Below are positions 6,352 to 12,760 of a DNA stretch of 12,962 nucleotides, one piece after another. Under the pieces are notes generated by a model that made no database searches, was not told where the DNA came from, and saw only the letters and a program-made list of their open reading frames with translations. Source of the DNA: Candidatus Kerfeldbacteria bacterium RIFCSPHIGHO2_12_FULL_48_17 (GTDB lineage Bacteria; Patescibacteriota; Patescibacteriia; HO2-48-17); NCBI GenBank assembly GCA_001818775.1, contig MHKD01000019.1:47802-60763 (forward strand), written 5' to 3'. Numbering within the stretch: position 1 is the first letter of the stretch; the number at the start of each line of letters is the position of its first letter. Both the position numbers and the translations under genes were made by a program.

Positions 6352-6954
6352 ATGTATGATCTTTTGTTCAAATCGGGGATTGTGTCGGTGGGGGCGTGGA
6401 TTGCTCTGGTTGTTCTGGTGTATTTGGCCCTCAGTCTGACGGGATCATGTGTAAGGAGTTGCGAGATGCGGGCACAGCAGGACCCGAATACTTCTTATCC
6501 CACTCCTGTCACGACCGAGGAGCAGGTCAAGCGGGCCGAGAAGCTGGCCGCGCACCAGGCGGAAATTCTGAAAACGTTGCCGCAGACTATTGAAGAAGCG
6601 GCATCGTATCCCCGAAGCCAGGATTATCCGGCCCAGGAGAAATTGTTCCTCCTTTACCCCTTCAAGTGGGATCATTGCTGGGGGCCGCTCTTGGGCCCGG
6701 GGGTGTGGCACGTCGTAATTTATAAGTGGAAGGCTGCCGGGTCCCTGCAGATGGAAGATTTGAAGGAAGGGCCCGCTGTTGAAGATTACGAGCTTGTCTC
6801 CAACTTCCGGGTCAACACGGTGGTTGATAAGCGTGAGGGCAAGCAGGTGATTGTACCGGAGGGGTGGAAAGACAAAAACGCTCTTTATTTTTTTCAGCTG
6901 GAGCGCATAAGTGACTCGCTCGGCTGGGTCAGCGTTCCCCCTCAATGCCGCTGA
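6352..6954 (+). CDS. Small membrane-anchored protein, paralog 3 of the SPFH-associated family
   Basis: ATG 6352 follows AAGAAAGGAAA and sits 1 nt after the flotillin-like TAA (6348-6350), which suggests translational coupling. The N-terminus MYDLLFKSGIVSVGAWIALVVLVYLALSLTG is a TM anchor. The C-terminus carries QEKLFLLYPFKWDHCWGPLLGPGVWHVVIYKWK ... ALYFFQLERISDSLGWVSVPPQCR. The ORF-track extension to 6196 lies inside the upstream gene and has no SD. Confidence 0.8.
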   Translation: MYDLLFKSGIVSVGAWIALVVLVYLALSLTGSCVRSCEMRAQQDPNTSYPTPVTTEEQVKRAEKLAAHQAEILKTLPQTIEEAASYPRSQDYPAQEKLFLLYPFKWDHCWGPLLGPGVWHVVIYKWKAAGSLQMEDLKEGPAVEDYELVSNFRVNTVVDKREGKQVIVPEGWKDKNALYFFQLERISDSLGWVSVPPQCR

Positions 6955-6968
6955 GAGAGAGGCAAAAA

Positions 6969-7049
6969 TAAACAGAAAGGAGGTGATTCACTTATGCACA
7001 TTTAAAAAAACCTGACAGCGCTTTACGAAGCGTCTGCTCAGGTTTTTTT
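6969..7049 (+). repeat. Copy C of the operon-end element (SD + MHI mini-ORF + terminator)
   Basis: aaacagaaAGGAGGTGAttcacttATGcacattTAAaaaaacctgacagcgctttacgaagcgtctgctcaggttttttt. SD at 6978-6986, ATG 6994-6996, TAA 7003-7005. Confidence 0.7.
7011..7049 (+). terminator. Rho-independent terminator ending the flotillin-like/partner operon
   Basis: CCTGACAGCGC-tttacgaa-GCGTCTGCTCAGG hairpin followed by TTTTTTT (7043-7049). Confidence 0.65.
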
Positions 7050-7071
7050 ATTCTCAATCGCGCAGAATTTT

Positions 7072-7080
7072 GGTATACTA
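7072..7080 (+). promoter_or_regulatory. Extended -10 promoter (TGgTATACT) for the NHL/FG-GAP gene
   Basis: TGGTATACT at 7072-7080, with a weak -35 TTCTCA at 7051-7056. The ~22-nt leader ATCTACATAATCATTCGCCTTTTTTTCT carries no SD before ATG 7110. Confidence 0.4.
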
Positions 7081-7109
7081 TATCTACATAATCATTCGCC
7101 TTTTTTTCT

Positions 7110-10100
7110 ATGCTCAAAAGATATTTATCGTCAGTCTTCGCGGCGGTCATCATCGGCCTGATCGCGCTGCTGCCCCAGGTCACCCTCGCCACATTTGGCG
7201 ACACCACTACCTACGTCGGTAAAATCATCGGCGGTGACGGCAAGGACAAACTCAGCGCGTACCTCGACCAATCGGCTGATTTTGCCGTTGACAGCTCCGG
7301 TAATTTTTATCTGGCTGACACGCGCAACAACGTCATCCGCAAAATTTCATCGAGCGGCACCGTTTCCACCGTGGCCGGTACGGGTGCGTATGGCGATGTC
7401 ACCGGCAACAAAAGCGACGCTAAATTCGCTGGCCCGGAAGCACTGGCCCTCGACGGCAGCACCATCTTCGTGGCCGACACCGGCAACAACACCATCAAGA
7501 AAATTTCCGGCAGCACCGTCAGTACCCTGGTCAGCTCCGGCCTCAGCGGCCCCAAAGGCCTGTATGCCGACACATCGGCTGACATTCTCTACATCGCCGA
7601 CACCGGCAACAATAAAATCAAGAAAGTCGCTTTTGGAGGCGGCAGCGTCAGCACCGTGGCCAGCGGCCTCAACGCGCCCACCAAATTCACGAAAAATGGC
7701 GGCACCCTTTATGTGAATAACACCGGTGACAGCAAAATCAAATCGGTTGTCATTTCCAGCGGCGCAGTGGCGACTGTGGCCAGTGATTTTCTCGATCTCG
7801 GCGGCATAACGTACCACGAAGGTCACCTCTACAGTGTTGATGGTGATGGTCTGTTTGATTATCTGCAGAGCATTGATCCATCCACCGGTGCCAAATCTTT
7901 GCTGGCTGAAGACGGTTCCATGATTACCCTTAATACTTCTTCACAGGTCCTGGTGTATAACAGTAAGATTTACGTCCTCAACCGCGGCTCGAGCAGTATT
8001 TATAGATTTGACCTTGACGGCTCAAATCCTGTTCATTTTGCTGGCAAAGACCGTTTTGGCAATGATAACGGCACCGGAACCAACGCGCTCATCGGCGCTC
8101 CCAAAGATATCGTCATTTCCGATGATCGCGCCTTTATGTATCTGGCGGAAAACAACAAGATTCGCAAAATCACCCTAGACAGTGGCAAAGTTGAATCACT
8201 CATCGGCAATGCCGTGGATAATTACAAAGAAGGCAGAACCGGTTCGGACGGGCGTTTCAGTGATATCACCTCCATTGCCGTTTCACCGGATGGCGCCACA
8301 CTCTACGTCACTGATCGCAACAACAACCGTGTCCGCGGGATAGATATTGCTGCCAAAATTGATTTTCTTATTTCCGGCGCCGGAGAAATCAATTCCCACG
8401 GTGAATCCGATAACGGCTACCAGGAAGGTACCAAGTGTTTGGCTGAGTTTGACGCTGGTGTTTCCGGTTGCGCGTATTTCAATCGTCCCACGGGTATTGC
8501 GATTTCATCGGATGGGAAGTTTCTCTACGTCACCGATACGGGCAATCACCGCATCCGCCGCGTGCGCGTGAGTGATGGGCAAACGACACTTATCGCCGGT
8601 TCAGGTGCTGCGGGTTTCACCAATGGCGTCGGTTCGGCGGCAAAATTCAATTCACCGTACAGTGTCACCATCGACGCGGCCGGTGATTTCCTGTATGTCG
8701 CTGACAAGGGCAATCACGCCATCCGTAAAATTGACCTGGCAACCCGTGAAGTCACCACCCTTACGGGCACCGGTTCCTTTGGCTATAATGATGCCACCTT
8801 TGATAAGGCGGTGTTTTCTTTCCCCGAGTACATTGAATTCGGTGGCGATGGTCACCTGTATGTTTCGGAAGTCGGCAGTCAGCGTATTCGCCAGCTTGAT
8901 CTGGAAAACGAAGTGACGAAGCTTGTGGCCGGTTCCGGTGATCGTGGTTTTCTGAACGGCAACCGCAGTGATGCGGAGTTTAATAACCCCAAGGGCATGG
9001 CTGTTGATGCGCCGTCAGACACTATTTATGTTACCGATAACCAAAATGATCTTATCCGTAAAATGGACATTGAGGGTGAAGCGCCATTCACCGAACTCTC
9101 ACCGACCGTGACCCGTGTTGATCCCAATACCAAAACCCTCGCTGACCGCGGCGATCAGACAATTCCCATTGATCTGTACGGTTCGAATATTCGTCATGGC
9201 GCCATAGCCTATGTCGGCGCGTTTCAGGCATTGAAAACATATGTCACTGATTATGGCGCGGTGCTGGAGTTGCCGTTTGGCTTGCTTGATCCGGGGCATT
9301 ATGACATTACCGTGAAGAATATCGATTCACAGTCGTACACCTTGCTGAAAGGTTTTCGCGTGACACGGAAAGACGGTGTATTGCCCGGTACCTATTATAA
9401 ATATGATGGGTCGGTGGTTGGTGGCGACGGCGTGGCTCCGTTAAGCGCTAACTTTTTTCCGTATGATTCGGCTCTGCGCGGCGGGTTTAACAGTTCCACG
9501 TGTGATGTGAATAAAGACGGGGTTGATGAAATCATTGTGGGTACGGGTGTGGGTTTTGGTCCACAGGTCAAGGTCTTTACCAAGTCAGGGGATTTGCTGT
9601 TCAGCTTTTTTGGCTTTGCGGAGACGTTACGCGCTGGTGTGCGTACTTCGTGCGGTGACCTTGACAAGGACGGTAAACCGGAAATTGTGGTGACGGCCGG
9701 ACCCGGAGGCAGACCGCATGTGCGTATTTTTGACAACGAAGGCAATCTCAAGCATCCGGGTTGGTTTGCGCTGGATGGAAAGTTCAAGGGCGGAACGTAT
9801 ACCACGATTGGCGATGTGAACGGCGATAAGGTTGGTGATATTATTGTCAGCGCCGGCAAGGGCGGCGGGCCCCACATTACCGTTCACAGGATGGACGGTC
9901 GGTTGCTGGCCACATTCTTTGCCTACAGCAACACATTCCGTGCCGGTATTCAGCCGGTGGCGATGGATTTTGATAATGACGGTCGGGATGAAATTGTGGT
10001 GGTGCCCGATACCGGTACATCGCATGTGCAGACATTCAGCATTCAGCCGAATGATATCAGGTTGTTGAATCCCGGTTTCTTCGCCTTTGGCACGACTGAC

Positions 10101-10364
10101 GCCAATGGTTTCAATATTGCCGGCGGTGACATTGATGGTGACGGCAAAGATGAGATCATTGTGGGTACCGGTCCGAACAATATAGCGCGCGTGCGTGTCT
10201 TTAACAAAGATGGTTCGGTGATACTCAAAGATGAGCAGGTGTTTTCAAGTTCGTATAAGGGGGGAGTGAACGTCTCGGCCGGGGATGTTGATGGGGACGG
10301 TGACGATGACATTATTGTTTTGCCGCGTTCCAGCGGAGTTCCTGATCTGCGGGTTCTGAAGTAA
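7110..10364 (+). CDS. Secreted 1084-aa NHL-repeat beta-propeller / IPT(TIG) / FG-GAP-repeat protein
   Basis: Signal peptide MLKRYLSSVFAAVIIGLIALLPQVTLATFG. At least 8 NHL-type blades (YLADTRNNVIRKI, FVADTGNNTIKKI, YIADTGNNKIKKV, YVTDRNNNRVRGI, YVTDTGNHRIRRV, YVADKGNHAIRKI, YVSEVGSQRIRQL, YVTDNQNDLIRKM). An Ig-like IPT segment (TVTRVDPNTKT...YDITVKNIDSQSYTLLKGFRVT). Six FG-GAP/VCBS repeats (CDVNKDGVDEIIVGTG..PQVKVF, GDLDKDGKPEIVVTAGPGGRPHVRIF, GDVNGDKVGDIIVSAGKGGGPHITVH, MDFDNDGRDEIVVVPDTGTSHVQTF, GDIDGDGKDEIIVGTGPNNIARVRVF, GDVDGDGDDDIIVLPRS). Codon usage is strongly biased toward C-ending codons. Confidence 0.85.
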   Translation: MLKRYLSSVFAAVIIGLIALLPQVTLATFGDTTTYVGKIIGGDGKDKLSAYLDQSADFAVDSSGNFYLADTRNNVIRKISSSGTVSTVAGTGAYGDVTGNKSDAKFAGPEALALDGSTIFVADTGNNTIKKISGSTVSTLVSSGLSGPKGLYADTSADILYIADTGNNKIKKVAFGGGSVSTVASGLNAPTKFTKNGGTLYVNNTGDSKIKSVVISSGAVATVASDFLDLGGITYHEGHLYSVDGDGLFDYLQSIDPSTGAKSLLAEDGSMITLNTSSQVLVYNSKIYVLNRGSSSIYRFDLDGSNPVHFAGKDRFGNDNGTGTNALIGAPKDIVISDDRAFMYLAENNKIRKITLDSGKVESLIGNAVDNYKEGRTGSDGRFSDITSIAVSPDGATLYVTDRNNNRVRGIDIAAKIDFLISGAGEINSHGESDNGYQEGTKCLAEFDAGVSGCAYFNRPTGIAISSDGKFLYVTDTGNHRIRRVRVSDGQTTLIAGSGAAGFTNGVGSAAKFNSPYSVTIDAAGDFLYVADKGNHAIRKIDLATREVTTLTGTGSFGYNDATFDKAVFSFPEYIEFGGDGHLYVSEVGSQRIRQLDLENEVTKLVAGSGDRGFLNGNRSDAEFNNPKGMAVDAPSDTIYVTDNQNDLIRKMDIEGEAPFTELSPTVTRVDPNTKTLADRGDQTIPIDLYGSNIRHGAIAYVGAFQALKTYVTDYGAVLELPFGLLDPGHYDITVKNIDSQSYTLLKGFRVTRKDGVLPGTYYKYDGSVVGGDGVAPLSANFFPYDSALRGGFNSSTCDVNKDGVDEIIVGTGVGFGPQVKVFTKSGDLLFSFFGFAETLRAGVRTSCGDLDKDGKPEIVVTAGPGGRPHVRIFDNEGNLKHPGWFALDGKFKGGTYTTIGDVNGDKVGDIIVSAGKGGGPHITVHRMDGRLLATFFAYSNTFRAGIQPVAMDFDNDGRDEIVVVPDTGTSHVQTFSIQPNDIRLLNPGFFAFGTTDANGFNIAGGDIDGDGKDEIIVGTGPNNIARVRVFNKDGSVILKDEQVFSSSYKGGVNVSAGDVDGDGDDDIIVLPRSSGVPDLRVLK

Positions 10365-10395
10365 TCACTGGCTTACGCGTTTGGCGCGTTTCAAT

Positions 10396-10428
10396 AAAAA
10401 AAACGCCACTTTTTACGGTGGCGTTTTT
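10396..10428. terminator. Bidirectional Rho-independent terminator between convergent genes
   Basis: AAAAAAAACGCCAC-tttttacg-GTGGCGTTTTT has an A-run upstream and a T-run downstream. It serves the + strand NHL gene (stop 10364) and the - strand histone-fold gene (stop 10445). A smaller hairpin ACGCGtttggCGCGT sits at 10369-10383. Confidence 0.7.
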
Positions 10429-10444
10429 ATATCTGGAGAAAGTT

Positions 10445-10621
10445 TTACAAATCCTGGCCCTTGACGGTGGTGCGCTTGTTGCCCTGGGTGCGCTTGCAGG
10501 CATCGTCGAGCACGCCCATCACCTTTTTATTAAGAGCTTCGAGAACCTCGGAAGAAGTTTTGCACTTCTTGGATTTAATATAGGCTTTTACTTTTGAGCC
10601 TACAATTAACAGGTCAGCCAT
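10445..10621 (-). CDS. Bacterial histone-fold protein (HMf-like / DUF1931-type singlet histone), 58 aa, absent from the ORF track
   Basis: Reverse-complement ORF ATG(10619-10621)..TAA(10445-10447). It translates to MADLLIVGSKVKAYIKSKKCKTSSEVLEALNKKVMGVLDDACKRTQGNKRTTVKGQDL. This fits the histone-fold pattern: L-I----I-K, an S-E---L first helix, and the C-terminal A-KR--GNKRTTVKG-D-L matching the A--HAGRKTIKAEDI motif of archaeal HMfB. No SD precedes the ATG. Confidence 0.6.
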   Translation of the reverse strand: MADLLIVGSKVKAYIKSKKCKTSSEVLEALNKKVMGVLDDACKRTQGNKRTTVKGQDL

Positions 10622-10731
10622 GAGTTTCTTATTAATAATTAAGGCTTACAAATCCGCGGGCACTTTTTTCGCGGCACTTTAGGGGGGCAAATGCTCAGAT
10701 TTGTGAGTCTTAGGTCTTAATATATCGGTTT

Positions 10732-11316
10732 TTATTTTTTAACGCAGCGATTGTTTCGGCACAGACAACTGGGTATGGCATCCTTTTCCTGCTGTGTGCA
10801 AATGGCGTTGCACGATACACGGTTTATCTGGCTGTATACTTCTTCATTCAGACAGGAATAGCCGCAGCTGCAGTTGCTGAAAAGGGGCGTGCAGTCAGCG
10901 TCGGTCTCACAGCTGAGGGCGGATGGGGTTTTATTTCCTCCTGTGTCAGTTTGAGTATTTACGTTTTGATTGGCGCTGTTTTCGGTTTCTGTGCCGCTCG
11001 ATGCATCTATACTAGCACCGTTCACGTTTTTTGTTAAGCTGCTCTCGGTCTTTTGCGGGTTGATGGGTTTTTTTGTCGAGATAATGCCGCTCATCACAAT
11101 CACAAGCTCTAAACACAGAAAAACGAAAACAAGAACGAACCCAAGTGCCAGATTGATGGCTTTGGCGTATCTATTTTTATCAGGATTTCCCTGTGCTGTT
11201 TTTTTTCGACCGCGTTTTGTTTTTTTGCCCGTGTTGTTATGGCTTTTTACCATACCTTTTATTTTCGTTGTTATTGTACCATTATATTTCTCCTTGTTCA
11301 ATTTTTTGTTTTCCAT
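10732..11316 (-). CDS. Lysine-rich N-terminus / single-TM / Ser-Thr-Asn-rich linker / 12-cysteine C-terminal domain protein, unknown function
   Basis: 194-aa ORF. The N-terminus (KKTKRGRKKTAQGNPDKNRYAK) is strongly basic, followed by the TM segment AINLALGFVLVFVFLCLELVIVMSGII and a low-complexity linker (TESSLTKNVNGASIDASSGTETENSANQNVNTQTDTGGNKT). The C-terminus is SCETDADCTPLFSNCSCGYSCLNEEVYSQINRVSCNAICTQQEKDAIPSCLCRNNRCVKK. The start is uncertain: M1 overlaps the PduO gene by 35 nt, and an alternative M22 (ATG 11251-11253) does not. No SD precedes either. Confidence 0.55.
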   Translation of the reverse strand: MENKKLNKEKYNGTITTKIKGMVKSHNNTGKKTKRGRKKTAQGNPDKNRYAKAINLALGFVLVFVFLCLELVIVMSGIISTKKPINPQKTESSLTKNVNGASIDASSGTETENSANQNVNTQTDTGGNKTPSALSCETDADCTPLFSNCSCGYSCLNEEVYSQINRVSCNAICTQQEKDAIPSCLCRNNRCVKK

Positions 11317-11851
11317 TCCAGGTATGCTCGGTTTGATTGTAATGCTTGTTGAGTATCCGGGCGAGAATAAAAAACCAATCAGAAAGTCTGTTCATATATT
11401 TGAGGATTTCCGGATCGATTTCTTCCTGTTGATCAACGCTGATGATGCTTCTTTCAGCCCGGCGGCATATGGTGCGGCAGATATGGGCAACGGCGGCTGA
11501 TCGGTCGCCACCCGGCAGGATAAAATGGGCGAGTGGAGGCAGATCGTGTTGCCAGGCATCAATCTCTTGTTCGAGTGTTTGAACATGGTGTGGTTGTATG
11601 TGGGGCGTATGCAGTGGTGAGTCCTTTGGCGTGGCGAGTTCTGCCCCAATAATGAACAGATTTTCTTGCACTGCCATCAGTTTTTTGTTGATGCCATCAT
11701 CATTTATTCTCGAAATAAGAAAACCAATGAACGAATTGAGTTCATCCACTTCACCGTACGCGACCAGGCGCGGATGGTTTTTCCGCACGCGTTGGTTGCC
11801 AAACAATCCCGTTTCACCCTGATCGCCGGTTTTGGTGTAAATTTTTGTCAT
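11282..11851 (-). CDS. PduO-type ATP:cob(I)alamin adenosyltransferase
   Basis: N-terminal MTKIYTKTGDQGETGLFGNQRVRKNHPRLVAYGEVDELNSFIGFL is the signature motif of the PduO/MMAB/EutT-like adenosyltransferase family (KIYTKTGDxGxT...R..K...R..AYG..DELNS). The 189-aa length fits the family. Confidence 0.85.
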   Translation of the reverse strand: MTKIYTKTGDQGETGLFGNQRVRKNHPRLVAYGEVDELNSFIGFLISRINDDGINKKLMAVQENLFIIGAELATPKDSPLHTPHIQPHHVQTLEQEIDAWQHDLPPLAHFILPGGDRSAAVAHICRTICRRAERSIISVDQQEEIDPEILKYMNRLSDWFFILARILNKHYNQTEHTWNGKQKIEQGEI

Positions 11852-11884
11852 ATGCCGTATATTAGACAGTTACTTAGTACATGT

Positions 11885-12739
11885 TCATAATGTCTTGACG
11901 GTTTCCATTGTCGGTGTTGCCCCATCTTTCACCGTCGCCGCGTCTGCTGCGGCTGCCGTTCGGTTTTCCGTGTCTTTTTTCTTGGCCATGGCGTAGTGTA
12001 TGATGGCGTGCACCGCCTGGGCGCCGGAAACAAGTCTTGGCCCGGGACGGTTCAAAAGCGAGTCATCAATGCGGTAGACATTTTCCGCGCGCACCGCTCG
12101 CATGTGGTTCCAATTTTTTCTTTCCTTTATACTCCCGACATCACTCCGGTTGGCACGACCGCACCAATGGGCCACGATGATTTCCGGATTGAACACGAGT
12201 ATCTGTTGATCACTCACTTTTTTGCTTGGCTGTCCGGGTTCCACGAATTTTGTTCTCCCACCAGCGAGGCTGATGATTTCCGGTACCCAATTCCCGCCGG
12301 CCATGAAAGGTTTTGACCATTCCTCGGCGTACACACTCGGTCGTTCCTCGTGATTTTTCGAACAGACACTGATTTTCTCGAATTCCGTTTTCATGGAATC
12401 TGTCAGGGCTTGCGCTTCCGTTTGCTTACCGACGAGTTCGCCGAGCTCAATTATGGATGTGAATACATCCGTCAATGTTTTTGCCTGAAAATGGTAGATC
12501 TCCCCGCGGCCGTTATAGTTGTGGAGTTCTTTGGGGAAATAATACGAGGTGAGGATGATGTCAGGTTCAAGCGCGGCGATTTTGGCCGTGTCGGTCCCAG
12601 TCCAGGTGCCGATTTTTTCTTTGGCGGCGACTCCGGCGGGAAAGTCGCACAGTTTCGTCACGGCAATCGTTTCTGCCTGACAGCCAAGCGCAAAAAGGAT
12701 TTCCGTGTTACTTGGGGCCAGTGAAACGATTTTCAGCAT
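11885..12739 (-). CDS. BtuF-like (class III periplasmic-binding-protein fold) cobalamin/siderophore-type substrate-binding protein, no signal peptide
   Basis: MLKIVSLAPSNTEILFALG....IVAVT..CDFP...........W....D...IAALEPDIIL parallels E. coli BtuF (RVITLSPANTELAFAAG...GVS.YSDYP...W.G...E.I.ALKPDLVI). It sits next to the PduO-type adenosyltransferase. The start lies 21 nt after the upstream gene's stop, and in-frame stops upstream rule out an N-terminal leader peptide. Confidence 0.7.
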   Translation of the reverse strand: MLKIVSLAPSNTEILFALGCQAETIAVTKLCDFPAGVAAKEKIGTWTGTDTAKIAALEPDIILTSYYFPKELHNYNGRGEIYHFQAKTLTDVFTSIIELGELVGKQTEAQALTDSMKTEFEKISVCSKNHEERPSVYAEEWSKPFMAGGNWVPEIISLAGGRTKFVEPGQPSKKVSDQQILVFNPEIIVAHWCGRANRSDVGSIKERKNWNHMRAVRAENVYRIDDSLLNRPGPRLVSGAQAVHAIIHYAMAKKKDTENRTAAAADAATVKDGATPTMETVKTL

Positions 12740-12760
12740 AAAGGCGGATAAAAAAATTTG

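Noticed and set aside
4058-6945. Other overlapping ORFs (3160-3534-, 3392-3616-, 3901-4206-, 4058-4393+, 4736-5017-, 4989-5297-, 5020-5316+, 5364-5621-, 5681-5911-, 5806-6063+, 6171-6371-, 6396-6593+, 6445-6945-)
   Set aside because: All sit inside or antisense to the SPFH and partner genes, which have strong SDs and paralog support. None has an SD or conserved features.
6994-7005. Treating the Met-His-Ile mini-ORF as a bona fide annotated CDS
   Set aside because: It is only three codons and is absent as an ATG-initiated ORF from the degenerate copy at 2360-2438. It is kept as part of a regulatory or repeat element rather than called as a protein-coding gene.
7195-10068. Multiple long ORFs overlapping the 1084-aa gene on other frames or the opposite strand (7195-7716+, 7307-7585-, 7347-7826-, 8347-8916+, 9395-9877-, 9627-10025-, 9832-10068+)
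   Set aside because: Their translations are low-complexity Ala/Pro/Arg/Ser-rich strings. These are typical shadow ORFs of a GC-rich, C3-biased gene. The frame-1 product has a clear signal peptide and a recognisable NHL/IPT/FG-GAP repeat architecture.
10970-12724. Plus-strand ORFs 10970-11500, 11598-11822, 11666-11890, 11996-12316, 12350-12724
   Set aside because: They lie antisense to confidently recognised minus-strand genes (PduO-type adenosyltransferase, BtuF-like protein, Cys-rich protein). Their translations show no recognisable motifs.
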